This document shows, piece by piece, positions 56,216 through 64,000 of a stretch of 64,000 nt of DNA. Each line of letters starts with the position of its first letter. Within the stretch, counting starts at the first letter, position 1. Below the pieces are notes generated by a model that ran no database searches, was not told the DNA's origin, and saw only the letters and a program-made list of their open reading frames with translations. The stretch is from an uncultured Planctomycetales bacterium. GTDB taxonomy: Bacteria; Omnitrophota; Gorgyraeia; Gygaellales; Profunditerraquicolaceae. The translations under genes and the position numbers were made by a program. Location: contig CAZRVK010000002.1 in assembly GCA_964603585.1 (NCBI GenBank), positions 115,513-179,512 of the forward strand, given 5' to 3'.

Positions 56216-57396
56216 TTTCTCATGCTTCTTATTTTTGCTCGTAAGGTGGCTTTAGCTGATCTGATCTCCTCGGATAAACCCGGACGCAAGCCGGGCTTTA
56301 AATTTCGGCGCTTAAGTATAATAAGCCGTGCCTTACGCAGGAGTTTTCCCGCCAGATATTTTGTATTTTGATATGCCTGAAAATACTTTTTCTCATAAAA
56401 AGCGCGTTTTTTGAGTTTTTTTACCTTTGCCAAAACAGGCTGCTTTACAGACGGCTTGCCGAAATTATGATCGTAACAGCTCATCATGCATCCCTGGCAT
56501 CCATGTTTTATGATCCGCTGGCGAATACGGTTATGGCGGTACGAATCCCAGATATCAGATAATTTCTTACTCCGGACATTACCGATAATATATTTCGATA
56601 ATACCCAGCAGGGATACACATTGCCTTCGGCAGATATCGGACAAGAACTCCACAACGCCGGACAATGGTCAAAAACCCGTTCTTTCTTTGCCTGCCGGGA
56701 TAAATACGCGGGGATATTGCAAAGATACCCTTCGGGGTTAGTATGGATCCCGTACTCCCGGGCAAGCCTGACAGTCTCTTTGATATTCTTATTCACATCT
56801 TCGAGTAAATTATCAGGAAAGAGAAAATTATCCTTACGATGCTTATCCAGGAGGAAAATCTCGCTAAAAGGCTGGAATTTCACCGTAGTCACCCCATATT
56901 TATGCGCCAAATCCATCACATAAGGCAATGAGGCATAATTCAAAGCGCTGATCGTCGTTGCAATGGTGCTTTCGATCTTGTATTCTCTTAGGTGCTTTAA
57001 TGCCTCGACCGCTTTATGAAAATTACCTTTACCTCTTAAAGAATCATGGACATCCTCATTTCCCTCAATGGAGATATTTACCACCCCCATCCCGGCTAAA
57101 GCAAGCTTCCTGGCAACATCCTTATCAAGCAAAGTCCCGTTTGACGTAAGGCAGGTATTGATTTTATGATGACTGACTAAACTAACCAGATCAAAAATAT
57201 CCTCTCGAAGTAACGGCTCTCCTCCGCTAAAAACTATGCTCTCCGGGCAAAGCAAAGAAGCGTCGTTAATCAATCCGCGCAGCTCGTGGGAGCTCAATTC
57301 CTTATTGCCTGCCGTATCGGGGATCTGGCACATCGCACATCTTAAGTTGCATCGATGAGTTACAGAAACAATAATTTCTTTAAGACGATTTGCCAT
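56212..57396 (-). CDS. Radical SAM/SPASM domain protein
   Basis: VTHRCNLRCAMC (CxxxCxxC) and a C-terminal Cys-rich SPASM region (CPALWSSCP...YPCW...CQGCMMSC). Confidence 0.8.
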   Translation of the reverse strand: MANRLKEIIVSVTHRCNLRCAMCQIPDTAGNKELSSHELRGLINDASLLCPESIVFSGGEPLLREDIFDLVSLVSHHKINTCLTSNGTLLDKDVARKLALAGMGVVNISIEGNEDVHDSLRGKGNFHKAVEALKHLREYKIESTIATTISALNYASLPYVMDLAHKYGVTTVKFQPFSEIFLLDKHRKDNFLFPDNLLEDVNKNIKETVRLAREYGIHTNPEGYLCNIPAYLSRQAKKERVFDHCPALWSSCPISAEGNVYPCWVLSKYIIGNVRSKKLSDIWDSYRHNRIRQRIIKHGCQGCMMSCYDHNFGKPSVKQPVLAKVKKLKKRAFYEKKYFQAYQNTKYLAGKLLRKARLIILKRRNLKPGLRPGLSEEIRSAKATLRAKIRSMRK

Positions 57397-58553
57397 TATT
57401 CCCTCTTTCCCGAAGCCAGGCGGTCATAATCCTCCAATAAAGCCAAACCCTTTGCTAAAAGCGCCTTCTTCTCGGATTTCCCAGCTTCGGTCCCGGTAAC
57501 CTTGCCGATAAAACTATCTACGATATCCTTTAAGGAATCCGATTCCGGATGTCCCCAGCAAGTCTGCAGGCACGGCTTAAGACAAAGACGCATCCTTTGA
57601 CGGGCATCTTCTGCCTCTTTAGTATGCAGGCAATCTGTCAAGCTCATTTGTCTAATATTCCCAAAGGCCGGGCCGCAGCTGCGCACAAAACCATCCGGGC
57701 CGATATCAACAAACACGAAAGGGTTGCACTTCCAATCCTTTCGGGTCAGTTTCCCCTGGAAATACCCCAACCAAAGGTAGGGATCATGCAAAGAAGCCAC
57801 TAATCCAGATTCATTCCTATACTGCTCGATTTTATCGATCTGCTTTTTAAAAGCATCTAAAAGATCTTGGGTGATCCACAAATGCCCGCCGGATATGGTA
57901 TTTTGCATATCATTTTGCGCAACTATCACCGGATGGTAAACCAAGCATTCCACCCCGATCTCTTTAGCCAAAAAAATGATCGCATAAAGTTCATCCACGT
58001 TTTCCTTCATCATCGTCGTCCAAATAGAAATCTGCGGCCCGGACTGTTTAATCCGCTTTGCCTGGCATAAAAGGTTTAGTGCATTTACTGCTTTTAAATA
58101 TGCCCCGGGCGTACCGCGGATATAGTCGTGCGTCTTTTGAGTAGCTCCATCCAAAGAAACCGCAATATTGCTTATCCCGGAGGCAATGATATTATCTGCG
58201 ATTGCCGGGGTATCAATCAAACTGCCATTAGTGACCACTTCGGTTTTCAGGCCCCGGGATACAGAATACCTGAGGATCTGAAAAATATCTTTCCTCAAAA
58301 ATACTTCGCCTCCGGTAAAAAGCACCGTGCAATCAGTGCCCCAGGCGGCCACCTCATCCAAAATCCTCTTAACCAGTTCCAGTTCAAGCTCACAATCCTT
58401 GAGCACATGCCGGACCCCGCACATCTGGCAGTTGAAATTACACCGGTGGGAGAGGCTGAAGAAAACCCAATACGGCTTAGCCAAAGGCCGGTTAAGCGCC
58501 TCGGAGAAATAAAAATCCAGGTTCATTTTAAATTCATCCAACAGATCAGCCAT
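57396..58553 (-). CDS. Radical SAM/SPASM domain protein
   Basis: LSHRCNFNCQMC and a C-terminal SPASM region (CNPFVFVDIGPDGFVRSCGP...CLKPCLQTC). Confidence 0.8.
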   Translation of the reverse strand: MADLLDEFKMNLDFYFSEALNRPLAKPYWVFFSLSHRCNFNCQMCGVRHVLKDCELELELVKRILDEVAAWGTDCTVLFTGGEVFLRKDIFQILRYSVSRGLKTEVVTNGSLIDTPAIADNIIASGISNIAVSLDGATQKTHDYIRGTPGAYLKAVNALNLLCQAKRIKQSGPQISIWTTMMKENVDELYAIIFLAKEIGVECLVYHPVIVAQNDMQNTISGGHLWITQDLLDAFKKQIDKIEQYRNESGLVASLHDPYLWLGYFQGKLTRKDWKCNPFVFVDIGPDGFVRSCGPAFGNIRQMSLTDCLHTKEAEDARQRMRLCLKPCLQTCWGHPESDSLKDIVDSFIGKVTGTEAGKSEKKALLAKGLALLEDYDRLASGKRE

Positions 58554-58566
58554 TTATCATGTCCTT

Positions 58567-59790
58567 TTAGGATCCATCCCAATACCTGTATTTAAAATCC
58601 CCGTTCATTCCCAGACCATACTTCTTCTTCAAATAAACACTTACGTGTTCTGCGACAATCCGGTGGTATTTATCATTGTAATGCGTATCGATCACAAACT
58701 GTAATGGCTCGGATTGTGCGGCATGTAATATCTTGTCTGATAAATCAAGATAAGAAACCCCCAACTCTAAACAGGCCTGCTCAATCTCCGGCAATTTAGA
58801 CTGGCTCATATTGACAATAATAAAATCCAGGTTGTGCTCCCGGAAAACCTTTTGATATTCTACCATCAAAAGAAATATTAATCTGTCGAAATCCTCTGCG
58901 TTATAGCCTTGGCGCCTCTTGTTCTGCCAGGCAACTATCCCCAGGGTATCTTTAAAATACTCCGCATCATTTTGCCTTAACTGGTGGTCAACCCTTTGCC
59001 TTTTAGCAAAATAATTCATCAATGTCAATATATTACTGCGGCTGTAGAGAGGTTTACCGGACCGGCTGGCATATCCTTCATTTATAGTCCGGTGCTGTCC
59101 GAGCAGGGCATCTTTACAAAAGGCCGCTTCTCTTTCAAAATCCTTACGGGTATGTTCGGGGTCCTGTAAAATCAAATTATTCTTGTCATCGCTAAGGATA
59201 AACCGCGGCTTGGCAGTTGTGGACCCCGGGGTTGTTATGTCCATACAGCGGTCCAAATAATCCTGTGAAAAGATAAAAATAACGGCTGCATCGGGATTGA
59301 ATTTAAAACCATCCCTTTTTACCTGCAGAAGTGACTGGTCGAAACCAAATCCCCCTATACCCATATTAATTATTTCCACCTTCGGCAATGCCTGTTCAAT
59401 CACTTCCGTAATACGATCTCCGTAATTAACCCCTTCGCCAAATAATGTGGACTCCCCAAGCGCAATTATCCTGAACTCTTCCTCCGGGGACTGAAGAGGA
59501 AATTCTCTATCCCTTAGGCCATGCGAATTAATAGAATATGTAACATTAAAATCGCTGGTGATAAGAGTAGCTTCGGCCCCGGGGTTAAGAACCCCGCCTA
59601 ATTCCGGATCAAATTTTTTATATGAAAAATCCCGCTGCTTGGATAAAGAAACCGTTTTGGTGTCGATATAAGCTATGGTCTTGGACAAAAGCGACCTCTT
59701 TAAATAATACCCGGTAAGATTCTCTCCAATAACTACCGCAAGCAATAAGGCCGCCACCAACATGGAAATATTAGCGAATAAATTCCTCAT
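58567..59790 (-). CDS. Membrane-anchored SGNH-hydrolase-like protein (degenerate GDS→GES)
   Basis: A TM helix, then IIALGESTLFGEG and a DTHYND (DxxH) C-terminal motif. It is the third such paralog in the window. Confidence 0.45.
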   Translation of the reverse strand: MRNLFANISMLVAALLLAVVIGENLTGYYLKRSLLSKTIAYIDTKTVSLSKQRDFSYKKFDPELGGVLNPGAEATLITSDFNVTYSINSHGLRDREFPLQSPEEEFRIIALGESTLFGEGVNYGDRITEVIEQALPKVEIINMGIGGFGFDQSLLQVKRDGFKFNPDAAVIFIFSQDYLDRCMDITTPGSTTAKPRFILSDDKNNLILQDPEHTRKDFEREAAFCKDALLGQHRTINEGYASRSGKPLYSRSNILTLMNYFAKRQRVDHQLRQNDAEYFKDTLGIVAWQNKRRQGYNAEDFDRLIFLLMVEYQKVFREHNLDFIIVNMSQSKLPEIEQACLELGVSYLDLSDKILHAAQSEPLQFVIDTHYNDKYHRIVAEHVSVYLKKKYGLGMNGDFKYRYWDGS

Positions 59791-59803
59791 TAACCGCTCC
59801 GGA

Positions 59804-60871
59804 CTATTTGGGCCTCAATAACCTTAAGAGTGACGGGAATGAAAAACAAGGCTGATAACAGTAAACATCACAGCGTTTAATATCCCGGCGTGCCGCAGAT
59901 GATTGCGGGGAATGCCATATCTGCTTTAAATCATAGTTATGCTCCCTGACCGGTATATGCGCCTTGCACATAAAAACACACGGTTCAAACTTTCCCTGTC
60001 TCTTCGGGTCTGACATAGTGATAAAAATATTCTTGTATCCGGCCATACATTGCCAGTCGCCTTTACGCATCCGGCGCAAATAATACCTGGCAATCAATTC
60101 GCTATCAATAAAATCATTGATCCTGACATGCCTGGCGCCAAACTCGGTGATTTTTTTATAAAGCTGTAAAAATAACTGTACCGCTTCGGGATCGGGCCAC
60201 AGCGAGGTATTTTCCTTACTGGAGAAATCCGTGTTATCCGGAAGATAAGGAAGGATATCCATGATATCCACCCCCAGAGAATCGGCCTCAATGAATAAAT
60301 CATAAAGCTCTGGGATATTAGGTTTTAAAACAACCGCCCCTATACCTATGGAATATTTAAGGCCGCCTCTTTTGCGCAGATCCGTTAATATCTTTATCCC
60401 CTGCACGGCATTTTCGTAAGACAAATCGTTTTGACGAAGGCGATTATGGGTGTTTTCCAGGCCATCGATAGAGATATGAAAATGCGAAACCCCGGCATAA
60501 GCCAGACGCGCAGCATGTTCTGCCAGATAAAAACCGTTGGTGGTAAGAATTACATCCATCCCGGTATGCCGTGCAAAGGTTGTGGTCTCGGCGATGAGAT
60601 CCGGGATCAGAAGCGGTTCTCCTCCGGTAAGCACGAGCCTTTTTATCCCAAACTGTTTCTTGGCAATTGTAATGATCTTTTTAATCTCCTCATACGGCAT
60701 CTCCTCCTCATGCTTAGTAATGTATTTATGCACCGAGCACATTCGGCAGCGCAGATTACATCTGCTGGTAAGGCTGATCTGAAGAGTATCCGGGTTAACC
60801 AGGGGATAACCAAAAGAGTACGCGGTTTTAAATAACAATACCTTACCAGCTTCTTTTAAGCCATTTATCAT
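59804..60871 (-). CDS. Radical SAM/SPASM domain protein
   Basis: LTSRCNLRCRMC and a C-terminal SPASM region (CMAGYKNIFI...CVFMC...CDVYCYQPC). Confidence 0.8.
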   Translation of the reverse strand: MINGLKEAGKVLLFKTAYSFGYPLVNPDTLQISLTSRCNLRCRMCSVHKYITKHEEEMPYEEIKKIITIAKKQFGIKRLVLTGGEPLLIPDLIAETTTFARHTGMDVILTTNGFYLAEHAARLAYAGVSHFHISIDGLENTHNRLRQNDLSYENAVQGIKILTDLRKRGGLKYSIGIGAVVLKPNIPELYDLFIEADSLGVDIMDILPYLPDNTDFSSKENTSLWPDPEAVQLFLQLYKKITEFGARHVRINDFIDSELIARYYLRRMRKGDWQCMAGYKNIFITMSDPKRQGKFEPCVFMCKAHIPVREHNYDLKQIWHSPQSSAARRDIKRCDVYCYQPCFSFPSLLRLLRPK

Positions 60872-63231
60872 CGTTTATCCAGGATCCGGTTGCACTCCTT
60901 GCAGGAAATGTTTTTCACATCCAGCCATCTCCGGAACCGCAGGTAATTACGCACGACCACCTTGGCATCTTGTTTATAAATATTGCCAAAATTAAATGTG
61001 GAGATGTTGCAGCAGGGATGCACAAAACAATCTGCATCTATATAAAAGCCGAAATTACAGAACCGGGTTTCTTTGCTCTCCAGAGAAATGCCGAGATTCA
61101 GTTCAACTCCTTTTTCCGCCGCATCTTTTTTCAAGGCGCCAAAGCTGGCACGGAAAGCATCCTCATAAAAATTCACCTGTTCTGCGTCAATAGATAAGCC
61201 GCGTGAAAAACTAACCAGGGGTATCAAAGTGACCTCCGGCACCAGGTTCAGGCGTGCCAGTTCTATTAAACTGCCGATTGCCGGGTAGTTTTTTTTCATC
61301 AAAACACTGTTAAAGGCAAGGACCGGTGATTTTTTGTTTGATTGCGACTTATAAGCGTTTAACCGCGTTATATTCCGCACAACTTTTTCTAAACTGCTTC
61401 CGGCCTTTATCGCAGCATATATCTCGGGGTTGGCAGAATCTACAGAGAACCTGATCTTATCTACCCCGATCTCAACTATCCTGCCAGCCATATATTCATC
61501 TAACAGGGTGCCGTTAGTTACAAACCAGACGGTCAATCCGCGTCGTTTTGTGTCCGCCAATATCTCTAAAATGTCCGGGCAAAGGAGGGGTTCCCCCAAC
61601 CCCTGGGTATTCACCTCTCTTATCCCGGGAAAAACACCTGACAGTTTATCCATAATTGCCGTGAATTTATCCCGGGTCAGGTTCTTTACCTCGTCCTGGT
61701 GCCCTCGCAATGACCTCCAACAAATATTACAATGCAAATTGCAATTATTGGTAACTTCAAACTGCAGGGTAGAAATCTGCTTGAGGACAGCACTATCTCT
61801 CTTGGAGCGGACCTTATCCATTAAGTGCTCGAGCAAAGAAACCGGTCTTTCCGCCAGTCCCGAGGCGAACCGGCCTTTAACCCGGATATGGGGATCGGAT
61901 TTTATTCGCAGATATTCAATGATCGCATCGAGCTTTTTTATCTCCGAAGCTAATCCTTTTGCCGACAATTTGGAGCGAAAAACCAGCAACTCCTGTATAA
62001 GCAGACTTATCGAAGCCTGATTATAATAGCCGTTTCTCTGGAGATAGATCAAATATCTTTTTGTGATCAGGAATATGTCGTTGGTAGTCGGCCCGGGGAA
62101 ATAGGCTGCACCCATCAGGCATGGTTTGGCGCAGGTGCGCATTGCTATGCGCATATCTTCTGCCTCCCGGGAAAACCAAATTTCGCGTAAAGTATTCTTA
62201 CTGAAATCACCGATCTGCCCGGGACAAACATTGACCTTACGGTCTTTGAGAATAATGATCCTGTTAAAACCGGCAAAACAAAACTTTGCTGAAGTAAGAG
62301 AATTTGCAAAATACTGCTTCAGGTTCTGCAACGAATCTACGGTGTTACTAATGAACCAGTGGTCTTTACAGCTCATTTTATAATCGATAACCCGGTCTAT
62401 CTCTTGATTTAACAAAGGCAACCTTTCCGGAGGGATAACAAACTCGTCTTTTATTGTCTTCTTATAATAATTATCGTTCTCGGAGGCATACGGTTGAAAG
62501 AATGCATTCACCCCGAGCTCATGGGCAAGACGCACATACTTAAGCATCTCGGGAAAGTTCCTATTCGTTAAAACGCAGGCCATCACAATCACCGGGCGAT
62601 CCGGACGGCTGCCGCGAGTAGAGGAAACTGACTTCCTTAAATCAGCAAACCTTTGGAGATTATTTATCACAATATCAAACAGGCCGGGACGGTTGCGATG
62701 ATAGTCATGGGTCGATGCGGTTGCGCCATCAATCGAAACGTTGATCTGATAAAGCGGGATATCCAGCAGCCTAAGGCAATTTTCTTCGTTCAATAACAGG
62801 CCATTGGTTGTGACCTCCGTCATAATGCCTAATTCATTTGAATATTTCAAGATATCAAACAAATATGTCAGCATAAACGGTTCCCCTCCGCTGAAATAAC
62901 ATTGGCTGACCCCCAACTCTTTAGCTTGGTCGAAAAGCTTCTTTAACTCTGCAAAACTTAATTCTTCCTCCGGGAGAGTCGCCTGACGAGACCATATTTT
63001 ACAGATCCTGCACTGCAATTGGCACCGCCTCATAAAATCGAACTGGATCACAGTCGGAGGGACAAGAGGGTAATCCAGGATCCTGGAATAATAATACCCG
63101 CAGTCGCGCCTAAACTGTTCAAGGTCTTCCAAGGGATGGCTCAAGATCAACCGGTTCAGCATTGCCTCGGCAAGATCGATATCTTCTTCGTAAAAACACT
63201 GTAATGATTTATCCGTTCTGCTCTCCATCAT
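60868..63231 (-). CDS. Fusion of two radical SAM/SPASM modules (double rSAM protein)
   Basis: 787 aa. The first module carries FMRRCQLQCRICKIW and a SPASM-like CFAGF...CPGQ...CAKPC. The second carries VTNNCNLHCNICWRS and a C-terminal CNFGFYIDADCFVHPCCN...CKECN. Confidence 0.8.
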   Translation of the reverse strand: MMESRTDKSLQCFYEEDIDLAEAMLNRLILSHPLEDLEQFRRDCGYYYSRILDYPLVPPTVIQFDFMRRCQLQCRICKIWSRQATLPEEELSFAELKKLFDQAKELGVSQCYFSGGEPFMLTYLFDILKYSNELGIMTEVTTNGLLLNEENCLRLLDIPLYQINVSIDGATASTHDYHRNRPGLFDIVINNLQRFADLRKSVSSTRGSRPDRPVIVMACVLTNRNFPEMLKYVRLAHELGVNAFFQPYASENDNYYKKTIKDEFVIPPERLPLLNQEIDRVIDYKMSCKDHWFISNTVDSLQNLKQYFANSLTSAKFCFAGFNRIIILKDRKVNVCPGQIGDFSKNTLREIWFSREAEDMRIAMRTCAKPCLMGAAYFPGPTTNDIFLITKRYLIYLQRNGYYNQASISLLIQELLVFRSKLSAKGLASEIKKLDAIIEYLRIKSDPHIRVKGRFASGLAERPVSLLEHLMDKVRSKRDSAVLKQISTLQFEVTNNCNLHCNICWRSLRGHQDEVKNLTRDKFTAIMDKLSGVFPGIREVNTQGLGEPLLCPDILEILADTKRRGLTVWFVTNGTLLDEYMAGRIVEIGVDKIRFSVDSANPEIYAAIKAGSSLEKVVRNITRLNAYKSQSNKKSPVLAFNSVLMKKNYPAIGSLIELARLNLVPEVTLIPLVSFSRGLSIDAEQVNFYEDAFRASFGALKKDAAEKGVELNLGISLESKETRFCNFGFYIDADCFVHPCCNISTFNFGNIYKQDAKVVVRNYLRFRRWLDVKNISCKECNRILDKR

Positions 63232-63247
63232 CCCTCGTTGATATTTT

Positions 63248-64000
63248 TCATTGCCGGCACAAGGCGTCTTTGTGGCCGCGGGCCTGGCACACCCTTTCGG
63301 CTTCAGCCGTGCGTTCAGTTTCCCTTATCGCCGTACATAAAGTGTTTATATCCTTCAATTCGGGTTCATACATTTCCGGGAATAAACAAAATTGCCTGCA
63401 TTTACGGATCGTCTTCCTCATTATCCTGGCGCCTTTACCGTACCAAATCTTTCGTAAACTGTTTTTCCTGATATCACCGATCATATCTCTGCACATCCAT
63501 ATCCCATAACTTTTCTTTTCATTATAAGAAATGATCAGCCGAGTAAATCCGATATAACAACTGCCTAATGGCGGCAGACAGCCGTTCTTGAAATAGTCGT
63601 TCAACAGATCGACTTGGGGAGGGAAATCCAAGTAACCGGTACGCGCATTAAACTCTTTAAGTTCATCCACAACCCCTTTAAAAGCCTGTAACTCTGAAGC
63701 AGGGATCCAAAAAGGGACCGATGCAAAATCCCTTTTAAGCGGATCAGCATTACTGACATGAGCCGGCCGGAGTGCCAGGCGCGTACACCCCAATTCCTGC
63801 CCCAGTAAAGCTATATTCAGCAAATCCCTGTAGTTTTGCCGCATAATGGTAGCTGTTAAACCGACCGATCTGCCGTTTTTAACGAACTTTCTTATATTGC
63901 CTGTCACCACATTAAAGGCCCCTGGCACACCGCGTATTGCATCATAAATCTCTGGCGTAGAGCCATCAAGCGATATCTGTAGATGGCCGGGGTTAGATCG
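63248..64000 (-). CDS. Radical SAM-like protein, 5'-truncated by window edge
   Basis: The reading frame stays open to position 64000 (…ISLDGSTPEIYDAIRGVPGAFNVV…). A C-terminal Cys-rich region (CRQFCLFPE) follows. The N-terminus lies outside the window. Confidence 0.55.
   Translation of the reverse strand, partial: RSNPGHLQISLDGSTPEIYDAIRGVPGAFNVVTGNIRKFVKNGRSVGLTATIMRQNYRDLLNIALLGQELGCTRLALRPAHVSNADPLKRDFASVPFWIPASELQAFKGVVDELKEFNARTGYLDFPPQVDLLNDYFKNGCLPPLGSCYIGFTRLIISYNEKKSYGIWMCRDMIGDIRKNSLRKIWYGKGARIMRKTIRKCRQFCLFPEMYEPELKDINTLCTAIRETERTAEAERVCQARGHKDALCRQ

Noticed and set aside
48160-64000. Interpretation of the rSAM/SPASM island as a RiPP (sactipeptide/ranthipeptide) cluster
   Set aside because: All inter-CDS gaps in the island are 25 nt or less, or are overlaps, so there is no room for a precursor peptide gene. 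The glycosyltransferase, Wzy and MsbA context favours a glycan or lipid pathway. A precursor could still lie beyond position 64000, so I keep this only as an alternative.
1-64000. Search for CRISPR arrays, tRNA/rRNA genes, integrases, transposases and terminal inverted repeats
   Set aside because: I found no regularly spaced direct repeats, no tRNA-like cloverleaf candidates in the few intergenic regions over 100 bp (7007..7139, 20974..21144, 26021..26212, 44506..44697, 47958..48159), and no recombinase-like ORFs. No mobile-element call is supported.

Overview
This 64 kb window is densely coding and AT-rich, with about 62 supportable CDS, and about 58 of them lie on the minus strand. Most overlap their neighbours by 4 to 8 nt at stop/start, which suggests long operons. 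I could not recognise any rRNA, tRNA, CRISPR array, transposase or integrase. From left to right, the content is as follows.

1. A compact type II PKS/FAS-like biosynthetic operon (7006 to 11, minus strand) encodes an active ketosynthase, a catalytically dead KS-beta/CLF partner, an ACP, a B12-binding radical SAM enzyme, a tandem-repeat Cys/His-rich TIGR04076-like protein, an ApbA/PanE-type reductase, a small PCP_red-like protein and a cyclase-family hydrolase.
2. Ordinary genes follow: YajQ, a cyclophilin, a MarR–TolC–MFP–RND efflux operon, PadR, AccA, a LysM L,D-transpeptidase, a divergent PAP2 protein and ComM/YifB.
3. An envelope region holds a pseudopilin trio flanked by membrane-anchored SGNH hydrolases and by two paralogous membrane proteins. 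A well-supported c-di-GMP-I (GEMM) riboswitch, with its own promoter and intrinsic terminator, sits in front of a small secreted protein. Next to it are GT-C-like membrane glycosyltransferases, a TPR protein and a PKD lipoprotein.
4. A housekeeping block encodes FolE, MnmE, FolC, PurH, a truncated YchF-like protein with a degenerate P-loop, and an EF-G paralog whose switch-II His is replaced (DTPGY).
5. A lysine 2,3-aminomutase (KamA) operon carries two tandem D-Ala-D-Ala-ligase-family ATP-grasp enzymes and sits behind a promoter–hairpin–U-run leader.
6. The candidate for a novel system is an island of at least 16 kb (48160 to the window end). It encodes three GT2 glycosyltransferases, an O-antigen-ligase-like membrane protein, an MsbA-like ABC exporter, a B12-radical SAM enzyme, four radical SAM/SPASM proteins (one a 787-aa fusion of two complete rSAM/SPASM modules) plus a fifth radical SAM gene that is cut off by the window edge, a membrane-anchored SGNH-like protein and a membrane coiled-coil protein. 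There is no space for a precursor peptide between these genes.
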